Origin: Phoronis australis
Taxonomy: Eukaryota > Animalia > Phoronida
DNA: 64,000 bases
NCBI GenBank assembly: GCA_002633005.1
Contig: NMRA01000148.1
Span: forward strand, 558,001 to 622,000
Reading direction: 5' to 3'
Positions 12,901-25,200 of this stretch are shown here, in pieces. Numbering within the stretch: the stretch's first letter is position 1; each line of letters begins with the position of its first letter. A program made the translations under genes and the position numbers. The notes under the pieces were generated by a model, which was not told where the DNA came from, searched no databases, and saw only the letters and a list, made by a program, of their open reading frames with translations.

Positions 12901-15448
12901 ACCCTTGTCCAAAATTTTGAACTTAATTGTAGATCGGTTACAAATTTTTCAATTTTGTGGTCAATAATCAACTTCTGCAAGACTTCCAAACTACAACTGT
13001 CAACATTCAACGCAAAATTCATGAGGAAATGAACATGTCATATGCCTTTGATTAACATCTCCTTCTCACGTTGCAGTGCTGAAAACTAAACCTTTCTGCT
13101 AAATGTCAGTAGAGATTCAACAGTATTAAGAAACAAAATCTTAATCAAGGAGTGGTAAAGCTGAGTAGCTTACAACAAAAACATGGACATTAACTGCAAA
13201 AAAATCCATTGATTGACTGCCTGCACAAACACAGTGATAATGGTAATTACCAGTTTCTTCCAAGCTACATGTATTTCCATCGTATACAATAACATTCTGT
13301 TTGCACTCCAGCTCAGCATCATAAGGTATCATGAATTCTCCATTTTCATTCTGAAATCCATAATTAATACCACTAATAACATGGAAAACTCAAAGTGCCT
13401 TCTAAGCAAAATACACAGAAAGTAAATAAACCACCCACATGGAAGGATTAGTGGAATTGGGCAAGGGAAAGGGGTGGACTTGGTGGTGAAATTTTTCTCC
13501 ATACATGACTGCATACAAAATTAGCAATAAGAATCCAAAATCCGCACGATAGCATATTGTTCTATGGCGGTCATAAGGCAAGACTGCACGAGAATTAAGG
13601 CAATCAAAACATAATATTATCAACAAGCTTTTAGTATTTCCAATGAAACACATACCCTTTTATTTATTTGTTGAGACATTCATAACACTTTCAAAGGTCA
13701 AGGTCATTTTCAATTCACCACCTCACCTTAGGGGCCTTTTTAGCAGTGACAACATGACTTTCTCCATACTCGTGTTTTAACCTTGAATCTGAAAACAAAA
13801 GATAGTTTGACAATGACAAAACCAAACAGACAACCAGTATCTTAGGTCGTGTGGGATTCTCACAGTTCAGCGTAGTAATTAGGCAGGCTAACATAGGAGA
13901 CAAAAGTGGTCCAAACACAGCAAGCCCAGTCTATAGACTGCCATGCAGAGCTTGAGAAAGTTTAACTTTAAAAATTACAGTCATAGCAGGGTAATTGACA
14001 TTGAAAATTCCCAATTCAGAAGTTGTCAAAACCTTTCTCACAAACATACTGAAGGCTTAAGACAGCTCCTAAAAAAGTCACAAAGTTTTATGCATGATAA
14101 AAATCTAATAGGGGATGACAGAGGACTTGTCATAATTAACCCATGAAAAAGCTTCATGGCGGCTTTTTTCATGTTTAAAGAAATATGACAGAATTTTCTC
14201 CTTCCCCTGGTTGCCTACAGGGTCATGAGAAGAAAAAGAAAAAAATATTGAAAATCTGACCAACAAAATGAATGGATTGTGTTGCGAAAACAAATCAACA
14301 GAAAGTGCTTTTTCATACATAAATTCTCACAAATTGGGTCTCTTTTCATTATACTAACCCATGTGTTATTTTTGGGCTAACTCTTTAAAAGGTTGTGTGT
14401 CCTAATTTACCAGTGCCACACCCTCATCAAAAATAGACTGACAACTCATTACATGATGAACATCAAGAGATAAAATCAAAGAGATACTGAGGCTTGGTCT
14501 AACCATACATACTCTACTAAAGTCTAAGATCTAACCAGGTGCACAAATCTGGACACCCAGTCCAAGAATTAGTCCTGAAATTATTTTTATTTTAAAGCCA
14601 CAATAAACTTGCCTTCTGTCACAAAAACTAAATTTTGAGTACTTAATATCCTTACCTAACTGGTCTCAAATTACTCCATAGTCAAAACAGGTGTGATTCT
14701 TGGGCTTGGAAAGAACTTACAACTCGTATTTAGATTGAGATCAGGCACTAAGTGTGAATTTATCGGGCAATCGAGCATGGTGGTCAGTCTTTAGCCAGCT
14801 AGCTAGCTGTATGAAGACTATTGTCAAATTAGTACAGTTTTGCACCAACGCAAGGTAGTCTTAAAAATCAACAAACTGCAATACAAAACTTACTTTTCAT
14901 CTGCAGTAAGTCGCAAGTTGACACCAAATTTATAAAAGTAAGTAGAATAAACCAAAATTCAGTTTCTTTGACAGAATGGATGTTGCGACAGTTTTAAATG
15001 TCTTAAAATTACCAGTCAGTTTACAACTGTCGTGAATTTTCAGTTCCAGGTGTGACGAACCATTGTATTCAACTTCTCTAAATTGTTTACACTGGCGGAT
15101 CTAGGATATCATAAGGGGTAGAGGCACATAGTGCCAAATGGCGGAAAATTTTGTTTTTGCCTCTGAAAACATTTCTGATTGCTGAAGTACAATCAAATGC
15201 TAATTTAATATGGTTAATTAACATACTCAATATTTCCTCATGTGGAAATTACCTCTTGGATGAACAGTTTGAACGGTCGACTCACACGACGGAGGCCTGT
15301 CCCCGCCGTCATGTGCCTGATAATCCTGTTTTTAACAAAACTTACCCAGCAATAGCAAGAAGTTAGGATCGCTTAGTTTAGGATAGGTTCCACCTTGATT
15401 AAGTAAATTGTACAAATCTGTAGGTTCTATCAGAGATATTCCTGCCAT
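6952..15448 (-). CDS. STYXL1: Serine/threonine/tyrosine-interacting-like protein 1 (MK-STYX pseudophosphatase), 8 coding exons, 293 aa
   Basis: Exons 15346-15448, 13727-13788, 13251-13350, 12243-12379, 11321-11466, 9220-9308, 7530-7642 and 6952-7083 total 882 nt with consistent phases. The N-terminus MAGISLIEPTDLYNLLNQ...DPNFLLLLDSR..EYGESHVVTA is a rhodanese/CH2 domain (includes GGYEDFSALYPFLRTQK). It is followed by a DUSP domain with the inactive signature VLVFSSLGISR and RPNRGFIKQL. Confidence 0.95.
10422..11133. repeat. Minisatellite with a 15-bp unit GGCATGTGATACTG(T/A) and shorter variants, in STYXL1 intron 5
   Basis: About 700 bp of tandem tgtggcatgtgatac / tgaggcatgtgatac units read directly from the sequence. 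Confidence 0.95.
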
Positions 15449-16261
15449 TTCACTGAAACACAATCTCTTGAATGGGCCAAGTAAGCATGCCAGCTACAAA
15501 CAGGTGCTTTCTTGGCACACTATTTCAAATTATAAACATTGAACCGAATAGCACCGGACGTAAACAAAAGTAGTTACGCTGCAAAATATAATTTAAGCGT
15601 GTAATTAAAACGTATGCATACTAAACAGATGCAGTACTGTTAATCAACTACTCCAAATACGACTTGGTAAGTACACATATGCAAAATGTCGCGTACAACT
15701 GTGCAATTTCTGAATTAATGACTTCGAAAGTAGTTCTTACGTCGTCAAGAACATTTGAGTCCTCCGTTGGTAATCGGGTGTCAACGGAAAACTTCGGTAA
15801 GAAACGTATGGTTGACAAAAGTTTGCAAATTCAAAAGCTCTACATGGGCTTTTTGTGGCTCTGCAATCTTCAAAATCTTAGTCCGTACATCCAAGACTAA
15901 CATCATTTTTCTACGAGATATGGTCCCAACCAATTTAAATAAAACGTGACCATGAAAATTAACTTTTTTTCTTGATGCACTTCGCTTTTTGACCATATCT
16001 TCCAACTTTATGCAAGTGGTCTTTGGTGGTGCCATGAGACACGAAATAACTTACTCGTGAGGAGTATTTTGTTAAAACTGTGCACAGTTTTAGTATTTCA
16101 TGACAATAAATAATGTCTAAGCAGCTCAAAACAACCATTATGTGTGTAAATTTCGTCTTCTTATTAATTTTAAAGAACAACAGTTAAACGATTTTTGCAA
16201 TATTGACTTTAAAGTTTTACCATAATGTTACACCGACTAAAGTGGGTTCATTTTTACAAAC
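15449..16261. promoter_or_regulatory. Probable bidirectional promoter region between STYXL1 and MVD
   Basis: Divergent start codons lie at 15448 (-) and 16262 (+), with 813 bp between them. Transcription start sites cannot be read from the sequence. Confidence 0.55.
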
Positions 16262-19200
16262 ATGGCTGATAAACAGACGACATTTTCCGCACCGGTGAAA
16301 AACAGCTTGTTTTCTGTTACATGCTGTGCCCCTGTGAACATTGCTGTGATAAAGTATTGTGAGTTTTCTACAATATAGCTTCATGTATGCGTTTAATTGT
16401 ATTTTCCAGGAATAAGTTTCAATTTCTTTCTTGTTGAACACCTGTTCTGGAAAAATCCACATGCTGACGGCGGGTATCGAACACGAGAGTTCAAACCGTT
16501 CGGTCAAGAGGCAATTGCCACTTGGCAAGAGATTTAGGGGTGCTCTATATGATGGTATGGCATAATAAGAACTAGAAATTCACAACATTTGTCGATCATG
16601 TGGAGCACCTGCTTTTTGAGGAGGAGGGGGTGTAGTATACTGGGGAACCCAATGTTCGTCCGCCTAAGCATAAAACCGACTTGCTGTTGTACTCACCGAA
16701 TTATTCCACTTCAAAGTTAAGATCTGAATAGGATTCAATTTAACTCTCACAGATATACCGCATTCATCGATTCGGAAGTTTTCTTTAATTTGTGCCGAGT
16801 TATTTCAAATGTGCACTGCCTTCGGCAGCCATTTTATTGTGAAACCTAAGTTCGTCATATGCTGCCCCCTTTTGTAAAAACTGAGAAACATGCAGAAAAA
16901 GGCCAACGAAGTAATGAAAATTGCAACAGCCTGTTTTTATTGACATAAACTCGATTTGAAGCTTTGATGTTGAGCTCTGCACTGTGGTTTCCAATAAAAG
17001 CCAATTGGTCAACATTTCAATGCAGTTTAATGGTGAACGTGAGGCAAAAATGTTAAGAACCCAGCGTATCGCATTTGTCTGCGGATTTTTCCTTTGGCCT
17101 TCTAGATCCTACTAGTGCCTGGGAAAAACAGATACATTGCATAAACAAACCCTGGATCATGTTTTGTGTCCCGTCGGAAGAAAATTTAAATTCGAAAACA
17201 TCTTCTGAAAACGCACAAAAAAGTGTATTAGTAAAATCTACTGATTTTTAAGTGGTTTTAAAAAACAATCGGTAAACTCACCGATTTTTGTCTCATTACT
17301 TTGATACGTGTCTCTTCCGATAAGTTAGTACCTAACGTGCAGACGAGAACTCCAAATTGGAACGCTAAGTCCCGCGTGGTTGCGCTGCACGCGAAACAAG
17401 ATGGCGGACGAACTTTGGAGCCTGACGAAAATAGGTAACCGGACGATACCGTCAGAGGCCCTAAAGTCGTGAGTGCCCTAAAGTGGTGAACGATCTTATT
17501 TCCTCTTCTGCGCGGTCCTGCGACATCTGGCGTTGAAGTTTCCAGCGTTCATCTGCTTACGAACGTCAAACGAATACCCGGACGTGTTCGTATTCACAAT
17601 ATGATAACAAACAGTGAGTGAGTGGCTTCTTTTTTCAAATGTATCTTTAAAACGGCATATTTCACTAATCCACTTTTTTGAGCATTTTCGGGATATTTTT
17701 TGGAAAATATTCATTCTTCAGATTTATTCAAACACGAGCTCCAGAGGTAGCTTGAACAATGTATCAAAATGTCCCAGGGTCGATAAAGTTTTGTAAGGCC
17801 AAAGCAATAAAATACAGAGAGATAATTGATGCTGGGTCCTTAGCGTTTTACGTGAACAACCTCATTGAAAACGTCTGTGCACATCAAAGTTGAGTGCACA
17901 ACATATAACAATTTATTTCAATTGCAACTGAATTAATAAAAAATGTAATGCATTTTTATGTCATCTAGAGTAACTGTACGCACTGTAGTTGACTTGTGAG
18001 GTCTTACTTCGTGTATTTCCGTCTAACCGAAACGGTCACGACTTTAGGGCCTCATTCAAAATGGCCGCCGATATCAGCGACCGTTTCAAAACTCGGCTTA
18101 CGGAGACAAACAAGGATTAAGATTGTCAAAACACGTATATTTGTGAAGGCTGATATATGTCCATGACATCACATGAGCAGTTGCTAACGGACATTGAGTA
18201 GTATGACAATCGGCACTTAGTATGCTTATATTCACGACTTTAGGTCACCGGTGTATAATAGCCGAGATTACCCGACCCGGGGATCGAACCCGCGACCCCC
18301 ATAAAACCGGCAAGCGTGCTAACCATTCAGCTAATAGGCAATTGCCCGTTAGCGAGTAGCTAACAGAGGCTCATATAATTCACCGGAAGCACATCTACAA
18401 CATTCCCCCCTTTCCTACGGAACGGGCACGCGACAGGAAGGTGAACACCAGGATGTCTCGCATACAGGTCATCAACGTCTCTTGGTACCTTTACCACCAC
18501 AACACAGGTGAGCACAAGGTCGTCTCTCATACAGGTCCTTGACTCCTGGAACCTTCTACGCGCGCCGTCCCGAGGTCCGTGGGTACTAGTTGGCAGTGCT
18601 TCATCGGTAGATCATCCGTTTGCCGACTACGCCATTTGTAGTAATAGCCGAGATTACCCGACCCGGGGATCGAACCCGCGACCCCCATAAAACCGGCAAG
18701 CGTGCTAACCATTCAGCTAATAGGCAATTGCCCGTTCGCGAGTAGCTAACAGAGGCTCATATAATTCACCGGAAGCACATCTACAACAGGGGCGAGTAAC
18801 TCCATCTCTGGCCTGCATTTCGAGTTTTGTGTGTGTCCCTCTTGACTTGTGGGCTCCGACCATTGTTGGGAGTCAGTGTGGAAAATCCACATGCCGACAG
18901 CGGGTATCAAACATGTGCCACCAGTGTTCAAGTTGAGCATCCCGCTCCAAACCATTCGGCCAAGAAGAAACTGCCCCCGGCCCCATGGCTAGTGATTTAG
19001 AGAGGCCATCCAATGGTATTGAAAATTCACTGCATGATGAACACCAGCCGGAATGATACATTGCACTGGTTAGATATAGCTGCCCCTGATTTAGAGAACC
19101 AGTTTCATCCAATTTTACAAATGTCTCACAGTTTCAACTTTAGACAAAAGAAAGTGGTTTCCAAGATCAGATAACAACCTAGCCTATTGTGAAGTGTTCT

Positions 19201-22200
19201 TGCGATCTCCTGTAAGAGCCAGCTCACTAGTCATGAACCAATTATCATGTTATCATGTCCCTTAGTCAACAAAACTGAAACAATGATGAATGTTTATCAC
19301 TTTTCTTCAGACAAAAACCCTAATCCCAAAAATGAAAAGAAATACATTAGTTGTGTTTTCTGATAAAATATTTATATTGTATGTTTTAGGGGGCAAAAGA
19401 GATGAGAAGTTAATTCTACCAATAAATGGCTCTGTCAGTGCTACACTGTGTGAGAATGAGGTAAGTTGTGTTTTCATTATTTTACTCACTGCATGTATTT
19501 AGCACTCATAAACTTTGACACAAGGTCCGAGCACCAGTGCCTCTATCTGAAAGACATTGTAGTTCATAAGGTCTTTCACACTGGCTCCGGAGCTTTGGTG
19601 ATAGTGAATTTTCGGTCAGTTGGAACACTTAACTTTGGTCTTGGATTGAAGTTAACAGCGAAAGTTTACTCCGGAGACTTACAGAGGTGGATTTAACAAC
19701 GAAGCATCGACGCTTCGCTACAATGGGAAGTTTTAACTTCAATGCCACTGAAGTTATCAGCAGGGGTCGCTGGCTTGCCAACAGGGGTTGGTCACTGGTT
19801 GTTAAAGTTTTGTTCTAATACACCGTATATCATTTTGGCAGTGTTTCAGTGTATTCACCTGTATTCTTCACGTCACCAAAAAATCACTGAATTTAACGCA
19901 AAATGAGTTCCTGCCATACTGATGCCATACCACCTTAGTTCAGATCAGCTGTTGTTCAAGATGGCGACGTTGTCATTTTTGCCAGCGGCAAGATAGTCAA
20001 ACAATATAATAACTCAAATAATGTAATAACAGAGTAAAAAAACATAACGCTAGCGTCTGACTGGTATGTTCATGTATGCAAAGGGTAGTGTAATATTAGC
20101 ACTACCTTGTGTAATTAAAGGGAGCGGACCAGGGAAAGTGATATAGGACATAGGCCACATGAATCATATCTATGGTAATAGCCATTTTTGGATATAATGG
20201 CAGCATGGTGAAATACGTCTTGTTGTTAGATGTCAATAACATAGTCTGTGAACGGCGTTCAGCATAATGTGGATTTAATGCATTTTTTAAAATTCTTTGT
20301 GACCTTCATACAGCTACATTGCCACTGTTATACGGTGAGATAGTCAAATGAGTCACGCAAAACTGTTCAATGTCTCAGTCCATCTGTGAATGGGATGAAA
20401 TTGTGCTTTGTCCTTGTATCAGGAGTTGGGCTCCAACAATGCTTAAGAGTTATATATAGCATATTTCCTATTTCCATTTCTGCTTTCTTTATCAGTGTCC
20501 ACTTTTTATGTTCACTCTCAAATAGCCCTTGATGGAAACGGCATTTTACGGATCCATTTTCTAGTTTTTAATCATTTAATATATATTTACAAATTCAGTT
20601 GCAAGCCAAGACTACTGCAGCTGCCAGCAAAGAGTTCAAAAGCGACAGAATGTGGCTCAACGGAAAGTGAGTACAAATCAACAATATTTTTAACCTTAAT
20701 TGCAAATCTTCCAAGTTCCTCATTCATTAACCCAAATGTCAGGAGTCTTTCTTTTAGCTTAAATGTTTGTTTAGTCTGAGCTAATATAGGTAATTAATAG
20801 CTTAATCAACAGTCACATGTTTGATAAGTTTCTTTACTTATTATTTAATGCTACTTTGGTTATAGGGAACAAAACATGGATAGCGAAAGACTACAGAATG
20901 TTTTGCGAGAAAGTAAGTCGATGTAAAATCTTTTCATTTGTCCTATGTAAAGTTGACGTATTCTTGCATTATTTTAATGTTCTATGGAATTAGTGAAATT
21001 GCTGTTAGCAAACAATATTCAGCAGCTGATGAAAAAATGGTGACTAAAACCTGAGGGGCTGTGTGCTCATCATGGGTAGGGGCCAGGGTGCCACAGCACA
21101 TTCAACATGCAGACCAACGCAACTTGTGCAACATGGAAAATGGATACCTGAGACAATAGCAATAACGTCTATGGTTGCCACCACTTGTGCATTTCTCCTT
21201 CCTTCCTTTTTACTAGGTCTCCTGACTGAGGTGGTGCCTGGAAGTATCTCAGATATTCTTTCCAAGATGATGTACAATAATTCTCCACTTATTTAGCATG
21301 ACTGCCTCATTTCACACACCCTCATCAAAAATATCAATGCAAATCCCTGTCTTTAATGTAGTAATACACACATCTTTAACTGAGTATGTAGGGTCTGAAC
21401 ATTGTGTATTCACCACTTGCGTAAATAACCCATTTATATGAGATATCTCATACTGAGTGTTTTATGGTTGATGTGGTAAAGTACTCTTAATTACTGTTAA
21501 TTGGATTGCATTAGCAACCTGTACGCTGCATTTTTTTGAATTCACTCATGTAGATTTGGCGATGCGTGGTTACTCAGTTAATTTCACATATCTGGTAACT
21601 ATGAAGTCTATATATTCAGTTTTTTTGGCACATCTCAACTATCATTCAATTTCTGGGAAATATGTGGAGAATTACCATATATGAATGCCAAAATACCCTC
21701 CCGAGGTGATACCTGGTAGGGCACACTACCGAAGTTGTTGGTGTCATGTCCTTACAAACATTTTACGAAAGAACCTCATGTCAAGGTAACAAAACAAGTA
21801 AAGTATTCTCAGCATTAGGTTTAAGGAAGAGACGGGTTGTTTTAGCTCAAGATTCCCATTTTGGAGACCTAGGCAAACAATTCAGCTTGGCGCATATGGT
21901 GTTTTTTTGTAGTGTATTGCAAAAGCATTCAGATTAAATGACCTGAAATTCTCCCACCATGATGGCTGGGCATAAGTCAAATTTATCATCAGAATAGCCA
22001 GCCAAGAATGAAACAGAATCAATTGGAAAGTTGGTAGGGTGGCTAAGTCATTTTGTAATTAGAATTTTGCCAATCTATTACTTATTACCAGTCATTTTGG
22101 GTAATAACAGAATTAGAAGTCATGACGGGAAATGGTGTTTTGTATAATTATCTTTGGCAAGCAAAGTCCCTCTTCTGGGTCTTTGAAGTGGATGGAAGCA

Positions 22201-25200
22201 ACAGAGTGAATGACAACCTGGTTAATAGCTGAAAATTAATTTCCAGGGGTGGGTTTAGATTTAAATAATGAGTATGTCTGAATGAAGCTGCATGACTAAG
22301 TTAAGTGTTTTTTACATTTCTTGTTATCAGGACATTTGCTTCGTGTTGTAGTATTTCAAAATAATATACATGGACATAAATGAACATCGGTAAAAAAAGC
22401 GTCCTTGTTAAACTGTTATCTTAGGAAAGTTATTTTAACCAAATCCAGCTAACTAGTGAAAATGCAGTCGTTTCAGATATTATTTCTGATTTGCGCACTA
22501 TTCTTTGTGTATTTTAGTCAAACGGCGTGTTAGAAAGAGAAAATCGGGAGACAGCAATGCGTCAGACCTTTTGAACTACCACGTACACATCTGTTCTGAG
22601 AACAACTTCCCCACTGCTGCTGGTCTTGCATCTTCAGCTGCTGGATATGCCTGTCTGGGTACGTCTGGCCTTTTCAAATTGGCTGTGAATGTAATGGACG
22701 CCCAGCTGCTGGCAATGTTCTTTTTAGCTGTGGCATTTGATTTTCCTCTCCTGAGGATGACTTCCTAAGACATTTTTACAAAATGATAATTGTGGATAAT
22801 CCTTGTGTTTCAAGCAGTGGTACAACTTGCAGAGTGGAGAAATGAAAATTGAACAAGCAGGCTGAGATTGCGTCGTGCTGCTGCCATGTTTGGTGTCAAA
22901 TGGACCAAACAAATCGTGATACCGAAGAGTGTCACCAGTTTAGGATGCAATATGGTAGACAAGTGATTTTTTTTCAATTCTTCGTAAAGGATAAAGAGCA
23001 CCTATTTAGTACTTAGGTTCTACACCGTAGCTGTGACTTTTATGAAATTGTGGAGCTATAAATTCTCATGTTATTGTTGTCGAGAAATTTTGCTATATTT
23101 GCTCTTTCTATTTCAGGTAAAAATTGTAAAGTGTATTTATTTGTTCATTTGTATATTTGTTTAATATTTTAGTGTATACCTTGGCAAAGCTCTTCGGGGT
23201 TTCAGGTGACATCACAGAAATTGCCAGGTAAACAATTTTGCATCAATGATAGCAAAGTATTTTAATAGTATTTCGTTCTTGATAAACATACTGCTTATAA
23301 TAGCATTGTCCTTTACCTGGAATCTAATTATCATCATCGTGATCACCACCACCACCAAAAATGCAGCTTTTTGGTTTCAAGTAGTATTTTAAATGTTGGT
23401 AGTTTTTTGTAGTGTTACTGTTTGGAAAGTAACCTCTCACACACACATAGTATTATTAGATGTCGAATGGTATTGGGTAAACTGCTCCATTTACAGAAAT
23501 TATGGTAAATTCTCATAAATTGTGGACAAAAATTGTAGCCAAAGTTGTGCGCTTTTAATTTTTCAAGGTTTTCCAACATCGTTGTGAATGTCAAAATATC
23601 GGCTAGTGATAGCTATCAGAACATGAATGTGAAAAAACATTAATTTGGAGCTACAGATCTTTTGTTGAAAATGAACTCCTATACTTTCTATCTTTCACAG
23701 GCAAGGCTCAGGCAGCGCGTGCCGCAGTTTACACGGAGGGTTTGTGGAGTGGGTGATGGGGGATAAGGAAGATGGCAGTGACTCGCTTGGTCGACAAGTG
23801 GTCGACCACACCCACTGGCCAGAAATGAGGATCCTCATACTTGTTGTAAGTGCACTCTTTGCTAGGTAATAGTCTCTTCCAATGTTTTGCATTTTTAAAA
23901 CCAGATATCTCCAATGACTAATTGACATCAAACTTGTTCTCAAAATTAGATGCCCCCTGTAATTGTCTGTTTCCCTCTCAACTTTGTTTTTGCAATAGCA
24001 GGAGTAGTCGATCTCTCTTCAATTCAGTTAGTTTCAAACAACAGTCGTCTTATATTCAACAATATTTTAAAACTTTGTTTGCTTCTAATTTTTTAAAATG
24101 CTCACTGTTTAACGCCCACCTCCTAGATTTAAGTTCCTTAGAATTACCTATGTCTTCAACTGCAACCAGAAGGAATTTGAGTTCTATGACATCCTATTTG
24201 GTTACCTTTGACACACACAAAAGACATTACCTTATGTTTTATTTGACCATTGCAACCTCCTGGGAGTTGGTAGTTCAGATTGACACCTACCATGACTTCA
24301 CAAAGTTATCAACTTAACGCCTAACCCCTGATTTTTAGCTTCTGGGTTCAAACAGCCTTGGTGTTAACTTGGGACAGTTAGCTGACAATTCAGTAATACT
24401 TAAAGTATATGTAGACCACTTTCTTATGTTAAAACATTAACTTTCTACACAGGTGCATTTGCTGTTCCAAAGCAATGGCATCGCGTCTACAAATTGCCTG
24501 GAATTCCCTTTGGCCGCCTATTACGTTAATGGAGGAGGCAGTGCGGCCTAGTAGGATAAATGTGGGCTTCCTTTACTCAAGGTTGCTACCTTGCTGGTTG
24601 GAGCCCCACAGGGGTACACTGCTAAGCCCTTTAGTCTGGTCTCTAGCTCCTCAGCTCGTTTCTGAGAGGCAGTGTGTCCTGGTGTGATAAGTGTCCACTT
24701 CCTTTACTCATGGTCGTGGGTTCGAGCCCCACTGGGGCACAACTGCTAAACCTTAGCTCCTTAGCTCGTTTTAAATGTATAATTATGGTGCACAAAAATG
24801 GTTCCAGGTGATCAGTGCAATGGGTCCACCTGAGCAGCCTGTGCAAGTCTAGTACAATGTGTACCAGACTGCCTGTGCAAGTCTAATACAATGTGTACCA
24901 GACTGCCTGCGCAAGTCTAATACAATGTGTATCAGACTGCCTGCGATTATTTTGTATATTGCATTGCCGAGTGAAACTAACCTGCCATTACAAGCAACTT
25001 AATGGGCGCGGTGTGAAGCAATAATGACCAAGCCAAGAAAATATTTCTAATCTTGAGTAAAGAACAAAATGAAATCAATTTTACAATAATATGTGCCATA
25101 AATCAACTGTTGTTTTTTGGCAAAAGGCTCGGGTTTCTTATCCCTATATTAACTTTGTCTCACAGGTTAGTGACCAGAAGAAACAGGTGGGCAGTACATC

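Noticed and set aside
17401-17440. aagATGGCGGAC...AG|GTAAC as the MVD first exon
   Set aside because: The peptide [11 protein letters not shown] lacks the conserved [10 protein letters not shown], which is found with the correct phase at 16262-16358.
18252-18788. Two tRNA genes
   Set aside because: A/B boxes and the T-arm are present, but the acceptor and anticodon stems do not pair. The units are LTRs bounded by a PBS and a PPT.
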